Below are positions 16,892 through 28,070 of a stretch of 64,000 nucleotides of DNA, piece by piece (positions within the stretch are counted from its first letter, which is position 1; each line of letters opens with the position of its first letter). The translations under genes and the position numbers were made by a program. The DNA is taken from NCBI GenBank assembly GCA_050010635.1, contig JBEKKR010000004.1, positions 70,272 to 134,271 on the forward strand, in the 5' to 3' direction. The notes beneath the pieces were generated by a model. That model had not been told where the DNA came from. It ran no database searches and saw nothing but the letters and a program-made list of their open reading frames with translations. This stretch comes from Candidatus Limnocylindrales bacterium. Its GTDB lineage: Bacteria; Chloroflexota; Limnocylindria; Limnocylindrales; CSP1-4.

Positions 16892-17278
16892 TCAGCTAGT
16901 TCTGTTGTTAGGCGCGGTCGAGACGGTGGATGTGCCCGATGTCCGCTCAGCGACGAGCTCGTCTGAAGTACGTGCGGCGGCGGCGGAGATACGGGCCAGC
17001 CTACGGGCGAGGACGCCGCGCATCATCTCGCAGGCGACGATGATCTCCGGATCGCTGAGCCGGTAGCGAACCTCGCGGCCGTCCCGATCGGCCTCGACCA
17101 CACCGCCGGCCCGCATTACGGCCAGGTGCTGCGAGACGTTTGGCTGGCTGATGCCCATCTCCTCGGCCAGGCGCGAGACCTCGCGAGGGCCGTCGGCGAG
17201 CAGGTGGATGATCTCGAGGCGGCGCACGTTAGCGATCGTCTTGAGAACTTCGACCTGGAGCTTGTAGACCTCATCCAT
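16892..17278 (-). CDS. ArsR/SmtB family transcriptional regulator (paralog of 3811-4179)
   Basis: MDEVYKLQVEVLKTIANVRRLEIIHLLADGPREVSRLAEEMGISQPNVSQHLAVMRAGGVVEADRDGREVRYRL. Confidence 0.8.
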   Translation of the reverse strand: MDEVYKLQVEVLKTIANVRRLEIIHLLADGPREVSRLAEEMGISQPNVSQHLAVMRAGGVVEADRDGREVRYRLSDPEIIVACEMMRGVLARRLARISAAAARTSDELVAERTSGTSTVSTAPNNRTS

Positions 17279-17296
17279 GGGATGCAGTCTTGGATA

Positions 17297-17314
17297 TATG
17301 CGCAGGTGCGCATA
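17297..17314. promoter_or_regulatory. perfect 8-2-8 palindrome TATGCGCAGGTGCGCATA, candidate operator of the second ArsR/DsrE-TusA module
   Basis: Seen directly, 19 nt upstream of the ArsR ATG at 17278 on the minus strand, in the intergenic region before hypE. Confidence 0.45.
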
Positions 17315-17446
17315 GGTACAGGTGTCCCGACGCTGAGGGCCAAATGGCACGTGAGGCTAAGAAAGTAAGGCGACAGGCGGCGTCGGCCTAATATAAGTGG
17401 GGCGGTTACCATTTTCGGCCGGTCACGGCTCCTGCCGTGGCCGCCG

Positions 17447-18622
17447 CTAGCAGATGCGGGGCAGCTGCTCCCCGACCAGCATGTCCACGATCCGCTGCGA
17501 GCCGACAATCGTGCGGACGGTGACCATCGACGGGTGGTCCGCCACGACGCGGCCGATCTCGACCGCCTCCGCCCCTTCCGGGAGAACCCGCATCGCCGCC
17601 AGCACGGCCTCGACCGCGGCGGCCGGCACGATCGCGACGAGCTTGCCTTCGTTGGCCACGTGGAGCGGATCCAACCCAAGCATCTCGCAGGCGGCCCGCA
17701 CGGGGCCGGGGATCGGAATCGTCTCCTCGCGCAGGTCCACGCCCACCTGAGATGCCCCGGCGATCTCGTTGAGCGCCGAGGCCAGGCCGCCGCGTGTCGG
17801 GTCGCGGAGGACGTGGACGTCCGGGCAGGCGGCGACGATCGCGGCCACCAGCGCGTTGAGCGGCTGCGTGTCCGAGGCGATCTCGACCTCGAAACCCAGG
17901 CCCTCGCGGACGCTCATGATGGCGATGCCGTGCAGTCCGATCGGGCCGGAGAGGATGACCGCGTCGCCGGGGGCCGCCCGATCGGCGCCGACCGAGACGC
18001 CGGCGGCCACCAGCCCGATGCCCGCGGTGTTGACGAAGAGCCCATCCGCCGCTCCCCGACCGACGACCTTCGTGTCGCCGGTCACGATTCGAACGCCGGC
18101 TCGGGCCGCCGCCCGCGCGACCGACTCGGTGATCTTCCGCAGCTCGTCGATCAGCAGGCCTTCCTCGATGACGTAGGCGAGCGACAGCGCCAGCGGCTGG
18201 GCGCCCATCATGGCCAGGTCGTTGACGGTGCCGAAGACGGCCAGCTCGCCGATGTCGCCGCCGGGGAACTCGAGCGGGCTGACCACGAACGAGTCGGTGG
18301 TGAAGGCGAGCCGCGAACCCGCGACATCCACGACGGCGGCATCGTTCAGCGGCCCCTGGGCCGCACCGCCGGCCGCAGCCAGCGCCGGGCCGATAACCTC
18401 GCGCATGAGCGCCGCGGAGAGCTGCCCGCCGGAGCCGTGGCCCAGGAGGACTCGTGCGCGTTCGGGTATCGAGGCCGGGCAGGCTAGATTGGCCGGGTCC
18501 GGCGCCGCCGAACCAGCCGGGCCGGGCGCGGCCGCCAGCTCGGTCTCGCTCGCCGCGCGCCCGCCCAGGTTCGTCTCGTCCGGGAAGCCGCCGAAGATGT
18601 CGGCCGCCCGCTTCTCCGTCAT
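17447..18622 (-). CDS. hypE: hydrogenase maturation protein HypE (carbamoyl dehydratase)
   Basis: PurM-like fold. N-terminal [15 protein letters not shown] and invariant C-terminal PRIC. About 50-aa N-terminal extension. Confidence 0.85.
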   Translation of the reverse strand: MTEKRAADIFGGFPDETNLGGRAASETELAAAPGPAGSAAPDPANLACPASIPERARVLLGHGSGGQLSAALMREVIGPALAAAGGAAQGPLNDAAVVDVAGSRLAFTTDSFVVSPLEFPGGDIGELAVFGTVNDLAMMGAQPLALSLAYVIEEGLLIDELRKITESVARAAARAGVRIVTGDTKVVGRGAADGLFVNTAGIGLVAAGVSVGADRAAPGDAVILSGPIGLHGIAIMSVREGLGFEVEIASDTQPLNALVAAIVAACPDVHVLRDPTRGGLASALNEIAGASQVGVDLREETIPIPGPVRAACEMLGLDPLHVANEGKLVAIVPAAAVEAVLAAMRVLPEGAEAVEIGRVVADHPSMVTVRTIVGSQRIVDMLVGEQLPRIC

Positions 18623-19767
18623 CTCGGCGCCTCGCCGAGCGGCCGCGACAACTCGTAGAGCGGGAACGCCGTCGGCGCCGCGAGCCCCCGCCCCGCCGCG
18701 TGATAGGCGGAGCAGACCCCCTCGGCGCTGACCATCGGCGCCCCCAGCGGCTTCTGGGGGTTGCAGAGCACGCCGTAAGCCGTGCAGTCGAGCGGGGTCT
18801 TCGTGCCCTGCAGGATCTGGCCGGCGATGCAGGCCGGGTGCTCCTGGGTGTGGATGTCGCCGACCTCGAACCGCTTCTCGGCGTCGAACTCCTCGAACTC
18901 GGGCCGCAGGTGGTAGCCCGACGCCGGGATGGTGCCGATGCCGCGCCAGGTCCGCTCGCCCACCTCGAAGACGCGGAAGACCGTCTCCTGCGCCTCGCGA
19001 TTACCCTCGCGCTTCACGGCTCGCGCGTACTGGTTCTCGACGACCGCCCGCCCTTCCTCGAGCTGGCGAATCGCCATCAGAATCCCCTCGAGCAGGTCCA
19101 GCGGCTCGAACCCGGTCACCACGATCGGGACGTGGTAGCGCTCCGCGATCGGCTCGTATTCGGTCCAGCCCATGACCGCGCAGACGTGGCCCGCGGCCAG
19201 GAAGGCCTGGACCTGGTTCGTCGGCGACTCCAGGATCGCGGTCATCGCGGGCGGAACCAGGACGTGGCTGACGAGAACGGAGAAGTTCTCGAGCCCGAGC
19301 CGGGCGGCCTGCCGGACCGCCATGGCGTTTGCCGGTGCCGTCGTCTCGAACCCGATCGCGAAGAAGACGACCTGCCGATCCGGGTTCGCGGCCGCAATTC
19401 GGACCGCATCCAAAGGCGAGTACACGATCCTTACGTCAGCGCCGCGCGCCTTCAGCGCCAGCAGATCAGTCGTCGATCCCGGGACGCGGAGCATGTCGCC
19501 GTAGCTGGTGAAGATGACGTCCGGCCGGGCGGCGATCGCAAGCGCCTTGTCGATCTGCTCGAGCGGGGTCACGCACACGGGGCAACCGGGGCCGTGGATC
19601 ATCCGCACGCCCTTCGGCAGCGCCTCGTCGATACCCTGCTTGACGAGTGTGTGGGTCTGCCCGCCGCACACCTCCATCAGCGACCACGGCCGAGTGGTGA
19701 TGCGGTGGATCTCGTCGACCAGCTTGCGGGCGATCTCGGAGTCGCGGTACTCGTCGACGTACTTCAT
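18619..19767 (-). CDS. hypD: hydrogenase maturation protein HypD
   Basis: [17 protein letters not shown] and the C-terminal CxxH motifs of HypD. 382 aa. Confidence 0.9.
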   Translation of the reverse strand: MKYVDEYRDSEIARKLVDEIHRITTRPWSLMEVCGGQTHTLVKQGIDEALPKGVRMIHGPGCPVCVTPLEQIDKALAIAARPDVIFTSYGDMLRVPGSTTDLLALKARGADVRIVYSPLDAVRIAAANPDRQVVFFAIGFETTAPANAMAVRQAARLGLENFSVLVSHVLVPPAMTAILESPTNQVQAFLAAGHVCAVMGWTEYEPIAERYHVPIVVTGFEPLDLLEGILMAIRQLEEGRAVVENQYARAVKREGNREAQETVFRVFEVGERTWRGIGTIPASGYHLRPEFEEFDAEKRFEVGDIHTQEHPACIAGQILQGTKTPLDCTAYGVLCNPQKPLGAPMVSAEGVCSAYHAAGRGLAAPTAFPLYELSRPLGEAPR

Positions 19768-20075
19768 ACGCGCGCCCCCGGCGCGGGCGGCGGCCCTGAA
19801 GCGGCAGGCGGCGCGGCCTCGGCCATCGCGCCCAGCTCCATGGCCATGCCTTCCTCGTCGATCATCCGTAGCAGCTCGAGCGTCTTGAGAGCCTCCTCCT
19901 CGTCGAGCTGGCTGATCGCAAAACCGACGTGGACGATGACGTAGTCGCCGATGCCGACCTCCGGCAGGTAGGCCAGGCAGGCTTCCTTGCGCACCCCGCC
20001 GAAGTCGACGCGAGCCATGCGCAGCGCTCCGTCATCGCGGATCTCCACGACCTTGCCCGGGATGCCGAGGCACAT
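19764..20075 (-). CDS. hypC: hydrogenase assembly chaperone HypC/HupF
   Basis: Starts [12 protein letters not shown] (invariant Cys2). About 104 aa with an Ala/Pro-rich tail. Internal ATG chosen. Confidence 0.8.
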   Translation of the reverse strand: MCLGIPGKVVEIRDDGALRMARVDFGGVRKEACLAYLPEVGIGDYVIVHVGFAISQLDEEEALKTLELLRMIDEEGMAMELGAMAEAAPPAASGPPPAPGARV

Positions 20076-20080
20076 TCGAA

Positions 20081-22549
20081 CTACTCCTTCGCGGGGGCCG
20101 CGGCCAGCCGCGCGGCTGCCACCGCCGCCTGACCGTAGCTGATCCCGCCGTCGTTCGCCGGGACCTTCTGATTGGTGTAGACCTCGAACCCGTCGCCGCC
20201 AAGGCGCCGGACGAGGGTAGTGGCAAGCCACTGATTCTGGAAGACGCCCCCGGAGAGTGCGACGGTCCGGAGACCGGTCTCCGACCGGACGGCGGTGCAG
20301 AACTCGCGGGTGACGGCGGCGATCGTCTCCTGGAACCGCGCGGCGAGAGTCTCCGGCGCGGCTCCCTCGGCACGACTTTCGAGGAGCGCCCGAATGGTGG
20401 GCCGGGGATCGTATACGAGGAGCGACCTGCGGTCGCTTTGGCCGTCGCGTCGAACCATCCTATACGGCAGCGGCGCGACGGTTCCCTCCTCCGCCAGCAG
20501 CTCCAACTCGATCGCGGCCTGCGCCTCGTACTCCGCCACATCGCGGATGCCGAGGAGGCTGGCCGCGGCATCGAATAGCCGGCCGGCCGACGAGGCGACG
20601 GGCGCGTTGAGGCTGCGCGCCAGCTGGACGCGGACGACTTCGACCTCGCGGGGGTCGAGCCGGTCGAGGAAGGCGTGCGTCAGCTCGGGATCGATCCAGC
20701 CGGCCACCGAACCTTCGGGCTCGAACGCCTCGCCCGCCAGCAGGTACCCGAGGGCCATGCGGTACGGCTTCTTGACCGCCAGCGCCCCGCCCGGCATCGG
20801 CGCACGGCCGAAGCGGCCGACGCGCCGGTAGCCCGCCAGCGTGGCTATGAGCACCTCGCCGCCCCAAAACGTGCCGTCGTCGCCCATGCCCAGGCCGTCG
20901 AAAGCGACGCCGATGAACTCGGCCGCGGCGCCCGAGCCGGCCCCGATGCCCGCCTCGGCCGCGACCGACGCCACGTGGGCGTGGTGATGCTGGACGGCGA
21001 TTCGTCGGCTCTCCGGGAAGTGGCTCACGGCGTACTGCGTCGACAGATAGGCCGGATGCAGGTCGTGGGCGACATATTCCGGCTCCAGGTCCAGCAGCCG
21101 CTTCAGGTGAGCCAGGTTCGTCTCGAAGGCCCGGTGCGTCAGCAGGTCTTCGAGGTCGCCGGTATGCGGCGCGACGTGGGCACGCGAGCCGCGCGCGAGC
21201 GTGAACGTGTGCTTGAGCTCCGCGCCTACCGCCAGAAGAGGGGCGGGCGTGGCCACGGGCAGGTCGAGCGGCTCCGGGGCATAGCCGCGGCCGCGCCGGA
21301 TCAGGCTCTCGCGTCCATCGACGACCCGCGTGACCGAGTCGTCGTAGCGGGCCCGGATCTCGCGGTCGTGCTGCAGGAACGAGTCGGCGATGCCCGCCAG
21401 CCGCTCGACAGCTTCGGCATCGTCCGTGGCCAGCGGCTCGTCGGAGAGGTTGCCGCTCGTGAGCACGATCGGCCGGCCCAGCCCCTCCAGCAGCAGGTGG
21501 TGGAGTGGCGTGTACGGCAGGAAGAGACCGACCCGGCGGTTGAGGGCGGCCGCGCGGGCCGGGTCCGCGGCCGCGTCAGCCGCCGCGACGACTCCGTCGG
21601 CCAGCGGCGAGGCGCCGCTCGCCGGCCCCTCGCGGCGCCGCTCGACGAGCACGATCGGCCGCGCCGGCGAGGTCAGGAGCTCCTCCTCCTCGCGCGAGAT
21701 CTCGGCCTGGGCGCGGGCGGCGACCATGTCCCGGACCATGACCGCGAACGGCTTGGCCCAGCGGTGCTTGCGGTCGCGGAGCCGCGCGACCGCGGCCGGG
21801 TCGGTGGCGTCGCAGGCGAAGTGGTAGCCGCCCAGCCCCTTCACGGCCACGATTCGCCCGGCCCGAAGGTCCGCCAGGGCCGCGGCAAGGGCCGCTTCCC
21901 GATGCGCCGCCGGGGCAGCGTCGCCGGGCCGCCGGTACGAGAGCTGCGGCCCGCAGTCCGGGCACGCGACCGGCTCGGCGTGGAAGCGGCGGTTCGCCGG
22001 GTCGCGGTACTCGGCTCCGCACGCGGCGCAGAGCGGAAACTCCCGCATAGACGTCCGGGCGCGGTCGTAGGGCAGGTCGTCGATGATCGTGGCCCGCGGC
22101 CCGCAATTCGTGCAATTGGTGAACGGGTAGCGGTAGCGCCGGTCGGCCGGGTCGAACAGCTCGCCCAGGCAGTCGTCGCAAGTGGCGATGTCGGGAGGGA
22201 AGAGCCGCTCGGCGGACGCGACGGCCTCGCTCTCGTCGATCGCGAAGCCGGCTCCCGGCTCGATCGTTCGGCCGCTCGGGCGGACCTCAACCGCCTCCAC
22301 ACGGGCTCGCGGAGGCGCCTCGCTCGCCAGCCGCCGAGCGAAGGCTTCGACTGCCTCCGCCGGTCCCGCAACCTCGATCTCGACCTGGCCGGCACGGTTG
22401 ACGACCCTGCCGTCGAGCCCGAGCTCGGCCGCCAGCCGCCATACGAAGGGCCGGAAGCCAACCCCCTGGACGACGCCGCGGACCTCGATGGCGCGCGCGA
22501 CGCGGCCGGCCGAAGCGGCTTCCCCTGGCGTCAGTCCTGCGTCGCGCAT
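20081..22549 (-). CDS. hypF: carbamoyltransferase HypF
   Basis: 822 aa. Acylphosphatase domain (VRGVVQGVGFRPFV), two CxxC-x18-CxxC zinc fingers, a YrdC-like domain, and a Kae1-like domain. Confidence 0.9.
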   Translation of the reverse strand: MRDAGLTPGEAASAGRVARAIEVRGVVQGVGFRPFVWRLAAELGLDGRVVNRAGQVEIEVAGPAEAVEAFARRLASEAPPRARVEAVEVRPSGRTIEPGAGFAIDESEAVASAERLFPPDIATCDDCLGELFDPADRRYRYPFTNCTNCGPRATIIDDLPYDRARTSMREFPLCAACGAEYRDPANRRFHAEPVACPDCGPQLSYRRPGDAAPAAHREAALAAALADLRAGRIVAVKGLGGYHFACDATDPAAVARLRDRKHRWAKPFAVMVRDMVAARAQAEISREEEELLTSPARPIVLVERRREGPASGASPLADGVVAAADAAADPARAAALNRRVGLFLPYTPLHHLLLEGLGRPIVLTSGNLSDEPLATDDAEAVERLAGIADSFLQHDREIRARYDDSVTRVVDGRESLIRRGRGYAPEPLDLPVATPAPLLAVGAELKHTFTLARGSRAHVAPHTGDLEDLLTHRAFETNLAHLKRLLDLEPEYVAHDLHPAYLSTQYAVSHFPESRRIAVQHHHAHVASVAAEAGIGAGSGAAAEFIGVAFDGLGMGDDGTFWGGEVLIATLAGYRRVGRFGRAPMPGGALAVKKPYRMALGYLLAGEAFEPEGSVAGWIDPELTHAFLDRLDPREVEVVRVQLARSLNAPVASSAGRLFDAAASLLGIRDVAEYEAQAAIELELLAEEGTVAPLPYRMVRRDGQSDRRSLLVYDPRPTIRALLESRAEGAAPETLAARFQETIAAVTREFCTAVRSETGLRTVALSGGVFQNQWLATTLVRRLGGDGFEVYTNQKVPANDGGISYGQAAVAAARLAAAPAKE

Positions 22550-22753
22550 CCGAATCGAGCCTCCATGAAGCGCACCTCTGAATCCGGGCGGGCACGCAGG
22601 GCCGCTGAAGCCCCGTATATCTCACACCCGGGCGCTGAAGTTTCCGCCTGCCGAGCGGCCCGCCGCCGCGGCCAAAAGGTCCCGACTACGGACCGTCCGG
22701 CCGGGTGGGTCGGGGGGCCGCCTGCACCGGCCGCCGGCCAGGACACCCCGCCA

Positions 22754-23977
22754 TCAGACGACGACCGGGGAGTCCTCCATGCCGAAGCCCGCCAGGGCGT
22801 GCTTGCAGCGCGGGCAGCGGCCTTCGACCAGGCGCCACTCCGTGACCGAGAAGTCCGCCCGGGCGATCAGCCGCTCGCCGCAACGGGCGCACGTGGTCAT
22901 CGACTGCTCGACCTCCGGAGCGTTGCCGATGTAGACGTGGCGGAGACCGGCCTCGCGGGCGATCTTCGCCGCCTCGACCAGCGTGGCCGCCGGCGTGGGC
23001 TGCAAATCCGCCAGGTGGTATGCGGGATGGAAACGGGTCAGGTGCCAGGGCGTCTCCGGACCCACGGCCGTACCGATCCACTCGGCCATGGACCGCAGCT
23101 CCTCCGGATCGTCGTTGAGCCCCGGGATGACCAGCGTCGTCAGCTCGATCCAGATGCCCCGCCTTCTCATCTCTACGATCGAGTCGCGAACCGGCTCCCA
23201 GCGGGCCCCGCAGATGCGGTGGTAGAAGCTCTCGTTCGCCGCCTTGAGATCCACGTTGGCGGCATCGAGATACGGCGCGATCAGCTCGATCGCCTCCGGC
23301 GTCTCGTAGCCGTTGGTGACGAAGACGTTGTGAAGGCCGGCCGAATGAGCCCGGGCCATCGAATCGAGGGCGAACTCGATGAAGACCGTGGGCTCGACAT
23401 AGGTGTAGGCGACGCTCCGGACGCCCGCCTCCACTGCCTCGTCGACCACCTCTTCGGGCGTCACGTTGCGGCTCTGGGGCACCATGCCCTCGCGGTGCGC
23501 CTGGGACATCTGCCAGTTCTGGCAGTAGGCGCAGTGAAAGTTGCAGCCCTGGGTCGCGACCGAATAGGCGTCGCTGCCCGGCATGAAGTGGAAAAACGGC
23601 TTCTTCTCGATCGGCTCGGCCTTGGCAGCCACGACCTGGCCGTAGACCAGGGTGTAGAGCCAGCCGCCCCGGTTCTGCCGGACGCCGCAGATGCCGATCC
23701 TGCTCGGCCGGAGGACGCAGCGATGGGCGCAGGCCACGCATCGGACACTGCCGGGGGCGATGGGGTCGTCGAACGGCTCGCCGAGCAAGGCCGGGCGGAT
23801 GTGCGGCTCGGATTCGGTGCCCGGTCCAAGGTCGTCGACATGGAGCCCGTCCGCCGGCTCCTCGCCGGGGAAGTGCGCCCGTACCGGCACCAGGGTCGCC
23901 GCGTCCGGATCCATGGCAACCGTGGGCGCCTTCGTGAAAGTCTCCGGGGCACCGTTCCGGTGCGGTTCGTGCTCCAT
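22754..23977 (-). CDS. radical SAM enzyme, AmmeMemoRadiSam-system / PFL-activase-like
   Basis: CX3CX2C as GCNFHCAYCQNW. Upstream and C-terminal Cys pairs (CVACAHRC..CGV, CARCGERL..CPRC). Internal ATG at 23977 chosen over a 92-aa spurious extension. Confidence 0.7.
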   Translation of the reverse strand: MEHEPHRNGAPETFTKAPTVAMDPDAATLVPVRAHFPGEEPADGLHVDDLGPGTESEPHIRPALLGEPFDDPIAPGSVRCVACAHRCVLRPSRIGICGVRQNRGGWLYTLVYGQVVAAKAEPIEKKPFFHFMPGSDAYSVATQGCNFHCAYCQNWQMSQAHREGMVPQSRNVTPEEVVDEAVEAGVRSVAYTYVEPTVFIEFALDSMARAHSAGLHNVFVTNGYETPEAIELIAPYLDAANVDLKAANESFYHRICGARWEPVRDSIVEMRRRGIWIELTTLVIPGLNDDPEELRSMAEWIGTAVGPETPWHLTRFHPAYHLADLQPTPAATLVEAAKIAREAGLRHVYIGNAPEVEQSMTTCARCGERLIARADFSVTEWRLVEGRCPRCKHALAGFGMEDSPVVV

Positions 23978-24374
23978 CAAGGCCCTCTGAGTGCGGTCTC
24001 GCCGTGACTCGGATCCAGGGCCCTTGGTCACTGCCCCACTCCATTTGCAGTATGCCATCAGATCGGCCCATATGGCGGGCGGCCCGCGCCGCCGAGAGTG
24101 CCAATGTCGACGGCGAGCAACGGAATGTGCATGTTCGGGACATCGGGGGCCTCGCGCGCGGCCAGCATCGGGGCCGACCCCTGACTGGCGATCCCGCGGC
24201 GCACCCCTATCGGCCTTGAACCGCATGCCCATCCGGGCGGGTCCGTTCGGCACTTGCCCGATCCGGCTCCCGGCCTGAGGTTAAGGGCAACAAGTCCCGT
24301 GCGCGGGACCGCCGCAGGCCGAGAGGTCTGTGGCTTGTTCTGCGACGGGCTCCGCACCCGAAAGCGAGCAGCGA

Positions 24375-24662
24375 ATGGCGATCAGTCCAGTTGCCATGGC
24401 TCTCCGGCCGCCGGTGCCGTGGACTCCCCTCGTTATCGCCGAGGACCGCTGCAAGGGCTGCGAGCTGTGCGTCGCAGCCTGCCCCAAGCGCGTTCTCGAG
24501 CTGAACCGGAGCCGCATCAACGTGCTCGGCTACCACCCCGTCGAGCTGACCGACGCAGCCGCCTGCACGAGCTGCGCCTTCTGCGCCCGTGTCTGCCCGG
24601 ACACCGTCTTCACCGTCTGGGCCGCCCCGCGCGAGGCCTCGAGAGAGGAGCGGTCGCGATGA
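24375..24662 (+). CDS. 2x[4Fe-4S] ferredoxin, delta subunit of 2-oxoacid:ferredoxin oxidoreductase
   Basis: [12 protein letters not shown] and [12 protein letters not shown]. Stop overlaps the korA start (ATGA). Start uncertain (24330 or 24375). Confidence 0.7.
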   Translation: MAISPVAMALRPPVPWTPLVIAEDRCKGCELCVAACPKRVLELNRSRINVLGYHPVELTDAAACTSCAFCARVCPDTVFTVWAAPREASREERSR

Positions 24663-25899
24663 AATCCGATCGTGAGATAGGCCTCGGCGCACGCCAAACC
24701 GCGGCGGAGCTGGAAGCGAGCCGCCGCTCCCGGGTTCTGATGAAGGGAAACGAGGCGATCGCGGAGGCCGCCGTACAGGCCGGCTGCGATGCCTACTTCG
24801 GCTATCCGATCACGCCGCAGGCCGAGCTCCTCGAGTGGATGGCCCGGCGCATGCTCGAGCTGGGGCGGGTCTTCGTCCAGGCCGAGAGCGAGCTGGGCGC
24901 GATCAACATGGCCCTCGGCGCCGCCGCCACGGGCGCCCGGGTCATGGTTTCGTCGTCGAGCCCGGGCATCAGCCTGATGGCCGAGGCGATGAGTTACATG
25001 GCCGGCTCCGGCACGCCGATGGTGCTCGTCAACATCATGCGGGCCGGCCCCGGCCTGGGCGGCATCGGTCCGTCCCAGAGCGACTACTTCCAGGCCACCA
25101 AGGGCCACGGCCACGGCGACTACCGCGTGCCGGTCCTCGCCCCCGACTCGATCAGCGAGGCTATGGATCTCACGGCAACGGCCTTCGAGCTGGCGGAGCG
25201 CTATCGGACGCCCGTCATGCTCGTCGCCGACGGAATACTCGGCCAGGCGATGGAACCGGTCGAGCTGCGCTTCCGAACGCCAGAAAGGCACACCTTCGAC
25301 TGGGCCCTCACCGGCGCAGCCGGCCGCCCGGCCCGGATCATCAAGTCGATCGACCTCGATCCCGAGGTCCTCGAGGCGCGCAACCAGGCCCTCCAGCACA
25401 AGTACCGCGAGATCGCCCGCCACGAGGTCCGCTGGGAGGGCTGGCAGCTCGAGGATGCCGAGTTCGCCATCGTCGCCTACGGCACGGCGGCCCGCGTCGC
25501 TCGCTCCGCCATTGCCATAGCCCGGGAAAAGGGCATCAAGGTGGGCCTCTTCCGGCCGATCACGCTTTGGCCCTTCCCCGAGCGCGAGCTGGCCCGGCTC
25601 AGCCGGCGCCTCCACGGCATCCTGACCGTCGAGCTCTCGTCCGGCCAGATGGTCGAGGACGTCCGGCTGGCCGTCGAGGGTCGCTGCCCGGTCGCCTTCC
25701 ACGGTCGAATGGGCGGCCTGGTGCCTACCCCGGACGAGGTCCTCGGTGCGCTCAAGGCCCTGCGGGCCCGCACCGAGCGCACGCGATCGGCCGAACACCA
25801 TGCGGCCACGGCGTCGCCGCCATCCCGTCCGCTGGCTACGTACGAATCGTCCGAGATCGCCCCGTGGGTTCACGAACGGGCCCGGCGGGGAGGTCGACG

Positions 25900-25903
<4 letters not shown>
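24659..25903 (+). CDS. korA: 2-oxoacid:ferredoxin oxidoreductase alpha subunit (KorA/PorA/VorA)
   Basis: [34 protein letters not shown] is typical of OFOR alpha. 415 aa. Confidence 0.85.
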
Positions 25904-26733
<830 letters not shown>

Positions 26734-26734
26734 G

Positions 26735-27301
26735 ATGGAGCATTCCGTGGTCTTTGCCGGGTTCGGCGGCCAGGGCCTCCTGTTCGCCGGCCAGGTCCTA
26801 GCCCGGGCCGCCATCAAGGACGGCCTGGAGGCCTTCTGGATCCCCTCCTACGGGCCCGAGATGCGCGGCGGCACGGCCTCGTGCACGGTCATCGTCGGCG
26901 ACGGCCCGATCGGCTCACCGGTGGTGGATCGGTTCGACGCCGCGGTCGTGATGAACCTGCCGTCACTGCGCAAGTTCGCGCCGAAGGTGGCGTCGGGCGG
27001 CGTCATCGCCATGAACACCTCGCTGCTCGGCGAGGAGAGGAGCGGCCGCTCGGACGTGACCGAGATGCACCTTCTCTGCACCGAGCTGGCGGCGAAGGGC
27101 GGCGACGACAAGCTGATCAGCGTCGCCGCCCTGGGCGCGTTGGTGGCCAGGACGGGCTGGGTCACGCCGGACTCGATCCGAGCCGCCCTGCGCGAGATGG
27201 CCGGAAGGAAGCGCCCCGAGGTCGTAGAGGCGGACCTGGGCGTCCTTGCGGCCGGCCTCGAGGCGGGCCGGGCCGGGGCCGCGGAGGCCGTCGCGACCTG
27301 A
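26735..27301 (+). CDS. 2-oxoacid:ferredoxin oxidoreductase gamma subunit
   Basis: FAGFGGQGLLFAGQVLARAA is the hallmark of the OFOR gamma subunit. Confidence 0.85.
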   Translation: MEHSVVFAGFGGQGLLFAGQVLARAAIKDGLEAFWIPSYGPEMRGGTASCTVIVGDGPIGSPVVDRFDAAVVMNLPSLRKFAPKVASGGVIAMNTSLLGEERSGRSDVTEMHLLCTELAAKGGDDKLISVAALGALVARTGWVTPDSIRAALREMAGRKRPEVVEADLGVLAAGLEAGRAGAAEAVAT

Positions 27302-27311
27302 CCGGAGACGG

Positions 27312-27815
27312 CTACGTGCTGGGGCCGGACGCGGCTGCGCTTGGACCCGGCGTGGGCAGCCCAAATCCTCCGCCGCGGCTACGCCCGCCGTCGCCGAAAC
27401 CGCGGACGCCGCTCTGGATGCGCGTGGCATTGACAGAGCCGTCGGCGTTGGGCGTGCCCTGAACCACGATCCGGTCGCCGACCGCGATGTTGTCGATGGT
27501 GGCGGCGGTGACTCCGCGCAGGGAGTAGGTCGTCGCCGGCGAGACATTCACGGTGACCGTCTGGCCGGCAAGGGTCGTCACGACGATCGCCGAGGCGGTC
27601 TTGCTCACCACCGTTCCGATCACGGACCCGGGCCCGCCTGCCCCGACCCTTGGAATGCCACGTCCAGTTGCCGCGGGACTTGCGACCGAACCGGCCGGTA
27701 CCCCGTGGGGACCTCCGGTAGTGGCCCCCCACGAGAAGGCCACCGAAGCCACACCGATGAAGACGAGCGCCACAGCAGGCGCGATGACCGATAACCGCGA
27801 AAACGAGAGGTTCAT
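27312..27815 (-). CDS. secreted hypothetical protein (signal peptide; Gly/Ser/Thr-rich)
   Basis: N-terminal signal MNLSFSRLSVIAPAVALVFIGVASVAFS. Repetitive (T/S)V(T/N)V beta-strand-like segments. Confidence 0.45.
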   Translation of the reverse strand: MNLSFSRLSVIAPAVALVFIGVASVAFSWGATTGGPHGVPAGSVASPAATGRGIPRVGAGGPGSVIGTVVSKTASAIVVTTLAGQTVTVNVSPATTYSLRGVTAATIDNIAVGDRIVVQGTPNADGSVNATRIQSGVRGFGDGGRSRGGGFGLPTPGPSAAASGPST

Positions 27816-27982
27816 GTGTGCCGACTCGCTCTTGAGCTGATTCGTGCCAGGACCCGGATATCCAAGGTTCGAGGGTCCGCACTATCTAAGAGCGCCTTGC
27901 TTAAGTAATCCTGAAACGGCGGTCACGATCCCCTGAGCGACCCGAACTGATACCCCGGGGGCCGCTCTCGGCCTCGCGAATC

Positions 27983-28014
27983 GGAACCGGGGCCCCCTGC
28001 GAGGCCCCGGTTCC
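27983..28014 (-). terminator. GC-rich hairpin (12-bp perfect stem, 8-nt loop) downstream of the PFOR operon
   Basis: GGAACCGGGGCC-ccctgcga-GGCCCCGGTTCC seen directly, about 55 nt 3' of the 28071 stop. No U-tract, as is common in high-GC genomes. Confidence 0.45.
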
Positions 28015-28070
28015 TGGTGACGGTGCGGTGAGCGTGGCGCCGGCCCGAGGGACGGCGCGGGCGTGTCTGG

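Noticed and set aside
20675-24007. 1110-aa plus-strand ORF, among many other long antisense or overlapping ORFs (e.g. 6370-7845 minus, 15266-16273 minus, 28074-29798 plus, 30651-31877 plus, 36557-37795 plus, 41909-43561 plus)
   Set aside because: They lie antisense to genes with clear family signatures (HypF, HdrA, PFOR, the kinase, ALDH). Their translations are Arg/Gly/Pro/Asp-rich low-complexity sequence typical of stop-codon-poor frames in 70% GC DNA, and they have no motifs.
24254-24658. ORF-track extension fusing the ferredoxin-region frame to korA (549-aa ORF)
   Set aside because: The extension is in a different frame from the ferredoxin gene and is Arg-rich junk. KorA homology begins at the internal ATG at 24659, which overlaps the ferredoxin stop.
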